In this document: positions 55,171 through 64,000 of the stretch, piece after piece | Layout: each line of letters opens with the position of its first letter | How positions within the stretch are numbered: position 1 is the first letter of the stretch | Origin: Kordia sp. | Lineage (GTDB): Bacteria > Bacteroidota > Bacteroidia > Flavobacteriales > Flavobacteriaceae | Assembly: GCF_045105435.1 (NCBI RefSeq) | Contig: NZ_JBGCDL010000137.1 | Coordinates: forward strand, 407-64,406 | Reading direction: 5' to 3' | DNA: 64,000 nt | Position numbers and translations under genes: made by a program | Notes under the pieces: generated by a model | Seen by the model: only the letters and a program-made list of their open reading frames with translations | Told to the model about the DNA's origin: nothing | The model's database searches: none

Positions 55171-57525
55171 ATGAAACGAGCATATTTAGTGTATTTATTA
55201 CTTGTATGCTTTCACGCGGTACATTCGCAGGCACAAACAACTTCTTACAACAAAACGCCGTTAAAAACTGTGTTGACAGACATTGAAAAACGCTTTGAAG
55301 TGAGCATTTCATACAATTCTAAAATTGTTAAAAGTCAAACCATTACACTGAAAAAATTGCCCAATACACTTTCGGAAACTTTAGATGCTATTTCACAGCA
55401 AACCAAGTTGGTTTTTCAAAAAATTACTGCAACAGCGTACATTCTAAAAAAACTGAAAACTGAAAAAAATATAGCACGCATCATCAATTTAGACGAAGTG
55501 TTGATTTCCGAATATTTAACGACAGGTTTTTCTAAAAATATTGATGGCGCTATTGAAGCCATTCCGAAAGATTTTCAAACGCTTCCTGGTTTTGTAGAAC
55601 CTGATGTTTTGCAGAGTGTACAGCTAATTCCAGGCATTCAAAGTCCTGATGAAACTTCAACAGGATTGAACATTCGCGGTGGAACACCAGATCAAAATTT
55701 GATTCTTTGGGACGGAATTAAAATGTACCAATACGATCATTTTTTTGGAATGATTTCTTCCTTTAATCCGTATCTAATTGAAAACGTAAAGATTTATAAA
55801 AATGCAGCTTCCGCGAAGTATGGAAATCATATTTCGGGTGTTATTGACATTGAATCGCATTCTAAAATTCCGAAGAAAACTAATGTTGGGTTGGGCGCAA
55901 ATATGATTTATGTAGATGCGTTTGTACAGCAACCAATCGGCGAAAAAGTAGCTGTCATTGCTTCTGTGCGACGTTCATATTCGGATGCTTTTGAAACCGT
56001 TACGTTTGATGAATTTTCTGAACAAATTTTTCAAAACACTAAAATTACAGATAATACAGGAACGTTTAGTGATGTACTTTCGCAAACGAATAACAGTTTT
56101 TATTTTATTGATTTTACGGCAAAAATTATTGCCAATATTTCCGAAAATAGTCAGTTGAGTATCAGTTCCATTGTTTCTAAAAATGAACTTGATTTTGTGT
56201 CGCAGTTTGACGAAATTAATCGACGTACGGATGATGATTTGTCAATTAATAATGCGGGAATTGGTATTTCATGGAAACAGACTTGGGATAAAAATTTGAA
56301 AACCGAAGTCAATTTAACAACTTCACAATATAATTTTGAGTATTTAGGCGAAGAATTATTGTCAAGTTTATTCGATTACGAAAACATTAAAGAAAATAGT
56401 GTTTCCGAAATTGGCGTACACGCGCAAGCAACCTATATTTTAAATAAAGTACATCGTTTTATTGGCGGTTATGAACTGATTACAAACGAGTTAGATTATA
56501 CGATTGGACGACAATCGGATGTGATTTTTGATCCCGATTTTTTAGTGACTTCCGAAAATTCTAAAAATACCATTCACGCAATTTTTGGTGAACATCGCTG
56601 GAAACAGGACGATTGGACGATTTTTACAGGCATTCGCGGAAGTTATGCGACCGAACTTAGTGATTTCTTTTTTGAACCGAGAATTCACGTTTCCAAAAAG
56701 TTGAACGAACAGTTAAATGTTACATTTTCTGCGGAACGACAATATCAGTTTATCAGTCAGATTATTGAGTTTGAAACGCAGAGTTTCGGGTTGGAAAATC
56801 AAGTTTGGGTCGCAGCAGATGATACGTCAATTCCTGTATTGCGAAGCGAACAAGTGAGTTTGGGCGGAAATTTTCAACACGATTCTTGGAGCATTGATGC
56901 AGAAGTGTATTACAAAAAAATCAACAATTTAACGTCACTTACGCGCGGATTTAATATTGAATCTACCGGACTTTCTATTGGTTCAAGTACCATTACAGGT
57001 TTGGATGTTTTGGTAAAAAAGCGCTTCTATAATTTTACGAGTTTGGTGAGTTATGCTTTGACGCGAAACGAGTTTCTTTTTGACAATTTAAACAGTACAA
57101 ATCCATTTGAAGGAAATTTTGATATCCGACATTATTTGTCGTTTGTACAATCAGCAAAATTTGGCAATTTGGAATTGTCGCTTGGTTGGCGTTACCGAAC
57201 TTCGCGTCCGTATACCTTGGCTACAGGTTTGGAAGGTAACAATGCTAACAATATTACCATTCAGTATGGTGATAGAAATGCGGAACGTTTGAATCCATAT
57301 CATCGTTTGGATTTCTCTGCGAAATATGAGCTCAAGCCTTTTAAGAATAAGGATTTAAAAGCTTCCTTTGGATTTTCTTTGTTGAATATTTACAATCAGA
57401 AGAACATTTTAAACAGAAACTACCGAGTTATTTTAAACACCCAAAATGCCGAATTTCAATTGCGTACGATTGATAAGATTTCACTTGGAAGAACACCGAA
57501 TTTTATGGTTCGATTGGAGTTTTGA
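55171..57525 (+). CDS. TonB-dependent receptor with N-terminal signalling (STN-like) extension
   Basis: EPDVLQSVQLIPG, NIRGGTPDQNLILWDG, YHRLDFS, NIYNQKN and a terminal F. Confidence 0.92.
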   Translation: MKRAYLVYLLLVCFHAVHSQAQTTSYNKTPLKTVLTDIEKRFEVSISYNSKIVKSQTITLKKLPNTLSETLDAISQQTKLVFQKITATAYILKKLKTEKNIARIINLDEVLISEYLTTGFSKNIDGAIEAIPKDFQTLPGFVEPDVLQSVQLIPGIQSPDETSTGLNIRGGTPDQNLILWDGIKMYQYDHFFGMISSFNPYLIENVKIYKNAASAKYGNHISGVIDIESHSKIPKKTNVGLGANMIYVDAFVQQPIGEKVAVIASVRRSYSDAFETVTFDEFSEQIFQNTKITDNTGTFSDVLSQTNNSFYFIDFTAKIIANISENSQLSISSIVSKNELDFVSQFDEINRRTDDDLSINNAGIGISWKQTWDKNLKTEVNLTTSQYNFEYLGEELLSSLFDYENIKENSVSEIGVHAQATYILNKVHRFIGGYELITNELDYTIGRQSDVIFDPDFLVTSENSKNTIHAIFGEHRWKQDDWTIFTGIRGSYATELSDFFFEPRIHVSKKLNEQLNVTFSAERQYQFISQIIEFETQSFGLENQVWVAADDTSIPVLRSEQVSLGGNFQHDSWSIDAEVYYKKINNLTSLTRGFNIESTGLSIGSSTITGLDVLVKKRFYNFTSLVSYALTRNEFLFDNLNSTNPFEGNFDIRHYLSFVQSAKFGNLELSLGWRYRTSRPYTLATGLEGNNANNITIQYGDRNAERLNPYHRLDFSAKYELKPFKNKDLKASFGFSLLNIYNQKNILNRNYRVILNTQNAEFQLRTIDKISLGRTPNFMVRLEF

Positions 57526-57657
57526 GTGATTGTTTAACTGAGCTCACTAAGATTTTATTCCTTTAAGCTATTCATACAGATTGTAAATATTCAACAAAAA
57601 CAGTCGCTTTATTAAAGTATTATATTACCTATCTTTACACCATATTTTAAAAACTAC

Positions 57658-58323
57658 ATGAGTTCTCCGTTAGCAAAAGACAAAAAAAGTTTCTTTGATA
57701 AACTCTTAATCAAATTGCACCGAAATACTTCGCATAGCAATAGAATTGAGATATTGAGTACGCTTTTTATTAAGGAAATTCACGATTTAGCTGTTGATAA
57801 AGAAGCTACTATTCGTTTGTTAGATATTGGTTGTGGCGATATGACAATTACGAATATGTTGGCTGAGAAAGGAACGAATATTTCTTGTACAGGCGTTGAT
57901 ATTTATCCAAATACTAAAAATTGGGAAAACTATGCTGCCTTTGATGGAAAAACGCTTCCTTTTACTGATAAATCATACCATGTAGTTTTGTTTAGTGATG
58001 TGTTGCATCATGATGCAGAAAATTTGAATCGTTTGTTACAAGAAGCGAAACGTGTTGCTGATTTTATTATTATTAAAGATCATTTTGAATATGGTTTTTT
58101 CTCAAGATCGTTACTACAATTAGCTGATATTGTTGGGAATTACGGTTACGGAGTTTCAATTCCGAAACGCTATTTTTCAAAAGAACGATTTCAGGCCATT
58201 TTAGCGAAACAAGAACTTCAAGAAATTAAATCTATTTGTCCAATTTATCTATATAATCATCTTCCGTTAGTGAAGTATATTTTTAAAGGAAAGTATCAAT
58301 TTGTGAGTGTGATTAAGGCTTGA
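57658..58323 (+). CDS. Class I SAM-dependent methyltransferase
   Basis: LLDIGCGD, GVDI, FDGKTLPF, LFSDVLHH and IIKDH. Confidence 0.88.
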   Translation: MSSPLAKDKKSFFDKLLIKLHRNTSHSNRIEILSTLFIKEIHDLAVDKEATIRLLDIGCGDMTITNMLAEKGTNISCTGVDIYPNTKNWENYAAFDGKTLPFTDKSYHVVLFSDVLHHDAENLNRLLQEAKRVADFIIIKDHFEYGFFSRSLLQLADIVGNYGYGVSIPKRYFSKERFQAILAKQELQEIKSICPIYLYNHLPLVKYIFKGKYQFVSVIKA

Positions 58324-58640
58324 TATTTTCAATTTTTAACAAAAAACATCAAATCGAACTCAGATTAACTTGAATCCTACTTCTTTTAGCGTTTTTAAAC
58401 TCTATTTATCTTTAGTATACCAAATTATGATTTTAGTAACGTTCATTTTTTCTTGATAAAAAACGAACCAAAAAATCAAGTCTGAGTATAGGAAATTGCT
58501 GCGCATCATTCACTACCTAAGCTACATGCTTGAAGCTACGCTTCGCAATTTCGCTTGCTAGTTCATTATTTCTTAACACAGACAATAAACTTCAAAGTAA
58601 ATTAGGATAAATAGATTAAATATTTTTTATCAAATAACAT

Positions 58641-59810
58641 TTACTTCTTTTGATTTGAAGTAATATTTTGCTTCAATCCTAAAATACTAAAGAAAAAACT
58701 AAAGAGAATGATTTGCAATCCTAGCATAATAGTGAATACGGCAGGAACAATAACACGTAATGTTTCCGCAGGTTTTAAATCGCTAAAACTTGTAGCTTTC
58801 CAATCTAAAAACCCTGAAATACTAAGATAGATTCCTAAGGCGAAAGTCAAGAAACCAACAATCAAGCCTTTTTCGAGCGTAAATATTTTAAAAAGTTTGC
58901 TATAGCGATCACTTTTGGGTAGCAATCCGTTTTCGACCGCAAATATTTTGGTTAAACCATAAAACATTAAAAATTGAAATCCAATGATAACAGCACTTGC
59001 AGTGTATAAAAGTGTGTGCACATCAAAGACGATTCCGTTGAAACTGATTGGTTCTATGATGAGTAACGTAGATAAAACCGTTCCGACAATAATTAATAGA
59101 AATGCGGGATATAAAAACAGCCATCTTGGACTGTATAAGAGTAAGAAACGTAAATGTCGCCAACCATCTCGCCAGGTGTTTAAGTGTGGCGGACGCGAAC
59201 GTCCATCTGGATGTAATATGGTCGGAACTTCCGCAAATGTGAGTCCGTTGAGTTTGGATTTTACAATCATTTCTGAAGCGAATTCCATTCCCGTAGTGTT
59301 CAAGTTCATTTTATGAAATGCTTCTTTGGAAAATCCACGCAATCCACAATGAAAATCACCAATTTTGATATTGAAAAACAATCTTCCAATAAAGGATAAT
59401 ACTGGATTTCCTAGATATTTATGTAAAAACGGCATTGCTCCTTTTTTAACACCACCTTTGAAACGATTTCCCATGACCAAATCATGTCCTTCGCGTAATT
59501 TTTCCACAAATAATTCCAACTTAGAAAAGTCGTAACTATCATCAGCATCGCCCATAATAACATATTTTCCCTTTGCTGCTTTGATTCCGCCTTTGAGCGC
59601 ATTTCCATATCCTTTTTCGGCTACAGGAACTACGCGTGCATTCAATTTTTCGGCAATGGCTTGTGAACCATCTGTACTTCCATTATCTGCAATAACAACT
59701 TCGCCATGTACGTCGTGTTTTTCAAAAAATGCTTGTGCTTTTTTGATACAGATTTCTAACGTCTCAGCTTCATTGAGACAAGGCATCACTATTGATAATT
59801 CAGGATTCAT
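58641..59810 (-). CDS. GT2 glycosyltransferase (polyprenol-phosphate sugar synthase type) with C-terminal TM helices
   Basis: SIVMPCLNEA, ADNGSTDGS, GYGNAL, MGDADDSYD, DFHCGLR, GMEFASEM and TWRDGWRHL. Confidence 0.93.
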   Translation of the reverse strand: MNPELSIVMPCLNEAETLEICIKKAQAFFEKHDVHGEVVIADNGSTDGSQAIAEKLNARVVPVAEKGYGNALKGGIKAAKGKYVIMGDADDSYDFSKLELFVEKLREGHDLVMGNRFKGGVKKGAMPFLHKYLGNPVLSFIGRLFFNIKIGDFHCGLRGFSKEAFHKMNLNTTGMEFASEMIVKSKLNGLTFAEVPTILHPDGRSRPPHLNTWRDGWRHLRFLLLYSPRWLFLYPAFLLIIVGTVLSTLLIIEPISFNGIVFDVHTLLYTASAVIIGFQFLMFYGLTKIFAVENGLLPKSDRYSKLFKIFTLEKGLIVGFLTFALGIYLSISGFLDWKATSFSDLKPAETLRVIVPAVFTIMLGLQIILFSFFFSILGLKQNITSNQKK

Positions 59811-61083
59811 ACCGTTTTTTGTTAAGCGAATTCAATAATACAAAAATAGTGAGGAATAATACCCAATCGTTGTAAAAAGTAAAACGAATTACTGCGTGCA
59901 TTCCGATGGCAACTATGAGTACGTTTCCAATAAAAAGTAACGAAGTTAATCCAAGTATTTTGTATTCTTTTTGATCGCGTTTTAGCAAAGCAATCAAACT
60001 ACATAAGGCAATTAAAAAGTATAATAGTACATATTTGATTCCGCCAAAACCATGAATCGCATTTTGAATGTACAAACGTTTCCATTTGGAAAAGTTATCC
60101 CAAATTAAAGGCATTGTCATTTTATTAGTCATTTTATTCAGTTCGATAAAACGTTCTGCTTTGGTGAGCGAATTACTCAATACTTCTTTCCCATTTTTAA
60201 AAATTGGTCCCATCGTTATATCTGCAAAATTGGCAATATAAAACTGAGTTGGCGATTGATAGACAGACAATTCTAAATTATTGATATTCATCTTTTTATC
60301 TATCAAGCTGTAGTGCGTCTTTTTAAAGAATTCTTTTTCTAAAGGAGATTCAAAAAGTGCTTCATCTTCAGTATCTGACACAAAAAAAGGAGCTGTAATC
60401 ATGTTCATTCCCGTCCACGGAGTACTTACAAAATGACCGTGAATTATTTTGTGATACGTTTTATCAATCAGAGACGTAATCAGCGGAAGCGTTATAAATA
60501 ATACAATGAGTACTGCATGTTTTTTGATTGATTTTTGCTGATAGCTGATCCAAAAAATCATCAATAATGCTAACGGAATAAGGTATACAAATTGATAGCG
60601 TGTAATGAGCAACAATGCTAAAATTGGTAGCGAATAGTAAAGTTCTTTGCTGTTTTTTGAAATGAAGAACGAAATGAATTTTGCTACTAGAATTAAGTAT
60701 AAGGAATACGAAATGGATTCGGTAAGCATGTTATTCGCTATTCGTAAACCTATTAGGAACGGTAAAAGCAATACAAGCGCAAAACACACACTGAAAAACT
60801 CATTTAATATATGGCTTGATCGTAATTTACGAATGAAATAGTAGATGCTAAAACAACCCAATAGAATTTGAAATATGACAACTCCAAGTTGGTAATTATC
60901 CCCAAAAATACTTTGAATGAATTGTAAAAATAATGGATATCCTGGCGTACGAATGATGTGCATGTTTAGATATCCTGAAGAATCTGGAAATAGTTCGATA
61001 GGATTGCGAAGTACCACTACAAACGTAATCAGAAATAAAATTCCGATTGCAATGTTACTTTTTTGTTGCATCCACTTCACCAT
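59800..61083 (-). CDS. Polytopic membrane protein, GT-C-like
   Basis: PDSSGY...RTPGYPLFL, MLTESISY and multiple TM segments; 11-nt overlap with the GT2 gene. Confidence 0.7.
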   Translation of the reverse strand: MVKWMQQKSNIAIGILFLITFVVVLRNPIELFPDSSGYLNMHIIRTPGYPLFLQFIQSIFGDNYQLGVVIFQILLGCFSIYYFIRKLRSSHILNEFFSVCFALVLLLPFLIGLRIANNMLTESISYSLYLILVAKFISFFISKNSKELYYSLPILALLLITRYQFVYLIPLALLMIFWISYQQKSIKKHAVLIVLFITLPLITSLIDKTYHKIIHGHFVSTPWTGMNMITAPFFVSDTEDEALFESPLEKEFFKKTHYSLIDKKMNINNLELSVYQSPTQFYIANFADITMGPIFKNGKEVLSNSLTKAERFIELNKMTNKMTMPLIWDNFSKWKRLYIQNAIHGFGGIKYVLLYFLIALCSLIALLKRDQKEYKILGLTSLLFIGNVLIVAIGMHAVIRFTFYNDWVLFLTIFVLLNSLNKKRYES

Positions 61084-61151
61084 TTTCGTTTTGGTAAAAG
61101 TATCTATATTTTTTTAGATTGATCTATACAAAAATTAATAATTGTTTTTAA

Positions 61152-61251
61152 AAACGTCATTATGAGGAAGTATTGACAAAGCAATCTGATTAAAAAAGCA
61201 CTATTTTGTGTTTAAAATATACAGATTGCCACGGATTTTTATTAAAATTCT
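61152..61251. repeat. REPIN-like element
   Basis: aaacgtcattatgagg...aagcaatct on the left and agattgccacg...aaaattctc on the right; same family as 20923-21007 and 10021-10049. Confidence 0.7.
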
Positions 61252-61291
61252 CCTTTAGATTAGCATAGACGTAACATCGTTCTGTATTCCA

Positions 61292-61789
61292 TTATTTTAC
61301 ATGTCCAATTCCAAATCCTAAATCTTCAATTTTGTACAAATGATTGTGGTCATGCATTAATAAATGTCTTAACATAATGTATGGCGTATAGGTTTTATAT
61401 TCTGGATGAATTGCCAACTTATTCCAATCGTTTGCGTTGAATGTTTTTGCCAATTGAATCGTTTTTTGTCGAATTTTAAAAAAATCAGCAAGCGTCTTTT
61501 TTAAATCTAAGTTTATAAAGAAATTTTCATCAAAACTATCTCCTGATAATGGCTCAAAAACAGGTTTTTCTTTGTCTTTAAATTCTTCAAGTCTTTTTTG
61601 AAATCCGTATATATCGCCCACACCAATGTGAGTTGCATGTTCATGAATTGACCATTTTCCCTGTATGATTTTCTTTTTATATAATTCAGGATCAATTTCT
61701 GTAATGAGTTCCGTTAATAATCGAGGAGTTTCATGCAAAGCATTTAGTATGGTTTCAATTTTCTGATTCATTTCCAGTAAGTTATGCAC
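61292..61789 (-). CDS. DinB/YfiT-like protein
   Basis: GKWSIHEHATH and HLLMHDHNH three-His pattern. Confidence 0.85.
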   Translation of the reverse strand: MHNLLEMNQKIETILNALHETPRLLTELITEIDPELYKKKIIQGKWSIHEHATHIGVGDIYGFQKRLEEFKDKEKPVFEPLSGDSFDENFFINLDLKKTLADFFKIRQKTIQLAKTFNANDWNKLAIHPEYKTYTPYIMLRHLLMHDHNHLYKIEDLGFGIGHVK

Positions 61790-61799
61790 TATTAGTCTT

Positions 61800-62888
61800 C
61801 TATTTTACAAATCCAAGTTCCGTTAGATTTTGATAGATTTTTTCACCTATTTTTTTTGCGCCTATTGGTGTGTTGTGGTAATAATCGTAAAAATCCATAA
61901 TATTCCAGTCTTCTTCATTACTGAGATTGATTACATATTTTTTTCCTGCAACTTCTGTGATGGCATCGTTGAGTTTGCTGAGCAATTTGTAATATCCAAC
62001 ACCATTGTACGCATATTTTTCTTCTAAGTATTTCGTTGCTTCCGTTCCGTATACAACGCCGTTTCTAATTCTGTAAGTTAGTGTAGGTTGTGTGATAAAT
62101 ATTGGCGTTGCGTTGACACTTTTTGCGTATACAATGAGTTTTTTGACACGTGATTTGAAAGCTGTTAGATTTTTTTTATCATAGATTTCCAACAGTTTTT
62201 CATTCACAATTTCTTCTTGCGTATAAGGAGTTCTTGAAAAGTTGATTTTACGATGTCCGACTTCAAATTTAGTCGCTTTTTGTATGCCTTTTAGCTTTCG
62301 GTATGCATTGTACAATACCGATTTGTCTTTGATTTGACTTACGAATCCGCCGCTTTCCATTTGTTGAATGTCATCGTATTTAGCATCACTATTCACTCTG
62401 TAAAAGTCATTGATTCCAATGTAAAATAGAATAATTTCTGGTTGTAGTTTTTCAATTTTAGGAAACCAAATTTCGGTACTTTTTAGATGTCCATAGGTCG
62501 ATTGCCCATCAACTCCTGCATTGGAAATGTACATTTCTTTTCCGTTGTCGCGATATGTTTTTTCTAAGATTTCTTGCCATGTTTGGGAATCGTCTAAATA
62601 TCGCTGATCGGTTGTGCTTCCACCAACAGTGAGTATTTTTATTTTTTCGGGTTGATTGTAGGTCGAAATTCCACGAAGTCCAAATTTGTCTCTCGTATAC
62701 GTAATACTTTGTTTTTTGGTAGCGTATAAATTACGTACATCAAATTCAAATTTGGCGTCTTTGATGATTCCTAAGTTACTAAGTTGATTGCTGCTACTAA
62801 ACCATCCGCCGAAACAGAGTTCAATTAGTATAATTCCAATTAAGAGAATGGAACTATTTATGAGTATGAGTTTTAGTTTTTTTGGCAT
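61800..62888 (-). CDS. SGNH/GDSL hydrolase-family protein with N-terminal TM anchor
   Basis: VGGSTT, NAGVDGQST, YIGIND and DYYHNT. Confidence 0.88.
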   Translation of the reverse strand: MPKKLKLILINSSILLIGIILIELCFGGWFSSSNQLSNLGIIKDAKFEFDVRNLYATKKQSITYTRDKFGLRGISTYNQPEKIKILTVGGSTTDQRYLDDSQTWQEILEKTYRDNGKEMYISNAGVDGQSTYGHLKSTEIWFPKIEKLQPEIILFYIGINDFYRVNSDAKYDDIQQMESGGFVSQIKDKSVLYNAYRKLKGIQKATKFEVGHRKINFSRTPYTQEEIVNEKLLEIYDKKNLTAFKSRVKKLIVYAKSVNATPIFITQPTLTYRIRNGVVYGTEATKYLEEKYAYNGVGYYKLLSKLNDAITEVAGKKYVINLSNEEDWNIMDFYDYYHNTPIGAKKIGEKIYQNLTELGFVK

Positions 62889-62929
62889 TGTGAGGACGAA
62901 AATACCAATTTATAATTTAAAAGTTACGT

Positions 62930-63700
62930 TTACCAATTCATCCAAGCTTTAAAATCGCTCGTTTTTTGTCTACTGACGATGAATTCTTGATCGCGTTCTT
63001 TGGAAACGGATAGTTTTACACGGTGATTGAAATACGGGTTTATTTTTTGAATGGCACTTTTAGCAACAATTTGTCCGCGATTTATTTTGTAAAATTGACC
63101 GTGATCAAACGAGTTGTATAACTGATCAATGGTTTCGTCAATTACATAGCGTTTGCTTTCGGTTATGCCAAATGTTACACTGTCTTCAGAATACACATAT
63201 AATAAATCGGCAATTTTTATTTGCACAAATCCTGTGCCTTCTTTTACTAATAAACCGTTTCGTTTTTTAGCGTTTTTTTGTTCGGTTTGCGATTGTATAC
63301 TGGTTAGTAATTGTTTTAAAACCGAATTTTCTATGTGTTGCGATTGATTGGATTTGTTGAATTTTTGAAGTGCTTTTTGTAAATCTTCTTCCTGAATAGG
63401 TTTTAGCAAGTAATCAACACTGTTTACTTTAAATGCCTGAATTGCATATTGATCAAACGCCGTTGTGAAGATGATTGGCGCTTCGACCTCAACTTTTTGA
63501 AAGATTTCAAAGCTTAAACCATCTGCCAATTGAATGTCCATAAAAACCAAATTGGGCATTTCGTTGGTTTGAAACCATTGTACAGCATCTTCTACCGTAT
63601 CAATTGTGTCTAGTAAATTGTATTGAAAACCACATTTTTGCAGCATATTTTGCAACTGATTTGCTGCGCGAAATTCGTCTTCTATGATGAGTACATTCAT
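62930..63700 (-). CDS. LytR/AlgR-family response regulator
   Basis: IIEDE, FMDIQLADG, IIFTTAFDQYAIQAFKVNSVDYLLKP, FYKINRG and IVSR. Confidence 0.95.
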   Translation of the reverse strand: MNVLIIEDEFRAANQLQNMLQKCGFQYNLLDTIDTVEDAVQWFQTNEMPNLVFMDIQLADGLSFEIFQKVEVEAPIIFTTAFDQYAIQAFKVNSVDYLLKPIQEEDLQKALQKFNKSNQSQHIENSVLKQLLTSIQSQTEQKNAKKRNGLLVKEGTGFVQIKIADLLYVYSEDSVTFGITESKRYVIDETIDQLYNSFDHGQFYKINRGQIVAKSAIQKINPYFNHRVKLSVSKERDQEFIVSRQKTSDFKAWMNW

Positions 63701-63702
63701 AA

Positions 63703-64000
63703 TTATGCTTTTATTTCAGAAGAGGTTAGTAATGGTATTGCTACTGTAAATTCCTTTCCGTTGTTTTCTATTTTTGGTCGTTTGTCTGAGATTAAACTGT
63801 GTCGTTTTTCAATGTTTTTTAAGCCTAATTTGGTCGATGGCAATTGTGTTGATTTTGATTGCATTTTGTTATGTACAACTAAGTAATCTCCTTGAACAGT
63901 TATATTGATCGTTAAGGGTTTTGAACGCGAAATGACATTGTGTTTGATGGCGTTTTCGAGTAATAATTGCAAACTCATGGGTACAATCATTTTGTCTAAA
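63703..64000 (-). CDS. LytS/YehU-type sensor histidine kinase, C-terminal part only (runs off the window)
   Basis: PMSLQLLLENAIKHN and GLKNIEKR. The frame is open to the window edge and sits directly upstream of the LytTR regulator. Confidence 0.88.
   Translation of the reverse strand, partial: LDKMIVPMSLQLLLENAIKHNVISRSKPLTINITVQGDYLVVHNKMQSKSTQLPSTKLGLKNIEKRHSLISDKRPKIENNGKEFTVAIPLLTSSEIKA

Noticed and set aside
4730-63886. The many other 60-140 aa overlapping ORFs in the track (for example 5012-5410, 7041-7457, 28244-28555, 45949-46347, 53841-54263)
   Set aside because: They lie antisense or out of frame on well-supported genes or repeats and show no recognisable motifs.
1-64000. tRNA, rRNA, riboswitch or other structured ncRNA genes
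   Set aside because: None recognisable by eye in the intergenic regions. A covariance-model search was not possible, so small RNAs are not excluded.

Overview
AT-rich Bacteroidota DNA of Flavobacteriaceae type, judged from TAnnTTTG -7 promoter boxes, DUF3078/DUF2480/DUF2911 genes and a T9SS-style adhesin. The left 21 kb holds a large repeat-containing secreted protein that runs off the window, an EEP nuclease, hflX, a two-component pair whose OmpR-type regulator carries an in-frame TGA, two DUF3078 genes, a partial suf cluster interrupted by an M43 metalloprotease, and an O-antigen-ligase/TPR protein. The centre (about 21.4-49.4 kb) is an extracellular contractile injection system (eCIS; Afp/PVC/AlgoCIS-like) with cap, sheath, tubes, spike, PAAR, baseplate, a 1404-aa tape measure and an AAA+ ATPase, but no recognisable tail-fibre gene. 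Its distal part is the most unusual: two long helical proteins, a candidate gasdermin-like protein coupled to the ATPase, a degenerate RAYT-transposase-like gene, a DUF4157 gene split from a papain-like Cys/His domain by one extra base at an A10 tract, and a small protein sharing the DUF4157 leader. A 28-nt bipartite motif precedes two eCIS transcription units. The right 15 kb has ordinary genes, an ECF-FecR-TonB module with a repeated bipartite promoter motif, a GT2/GT-C cluster and a LytTR two-component pair. All family calls come from motif recognition by eye; no database searches were run.
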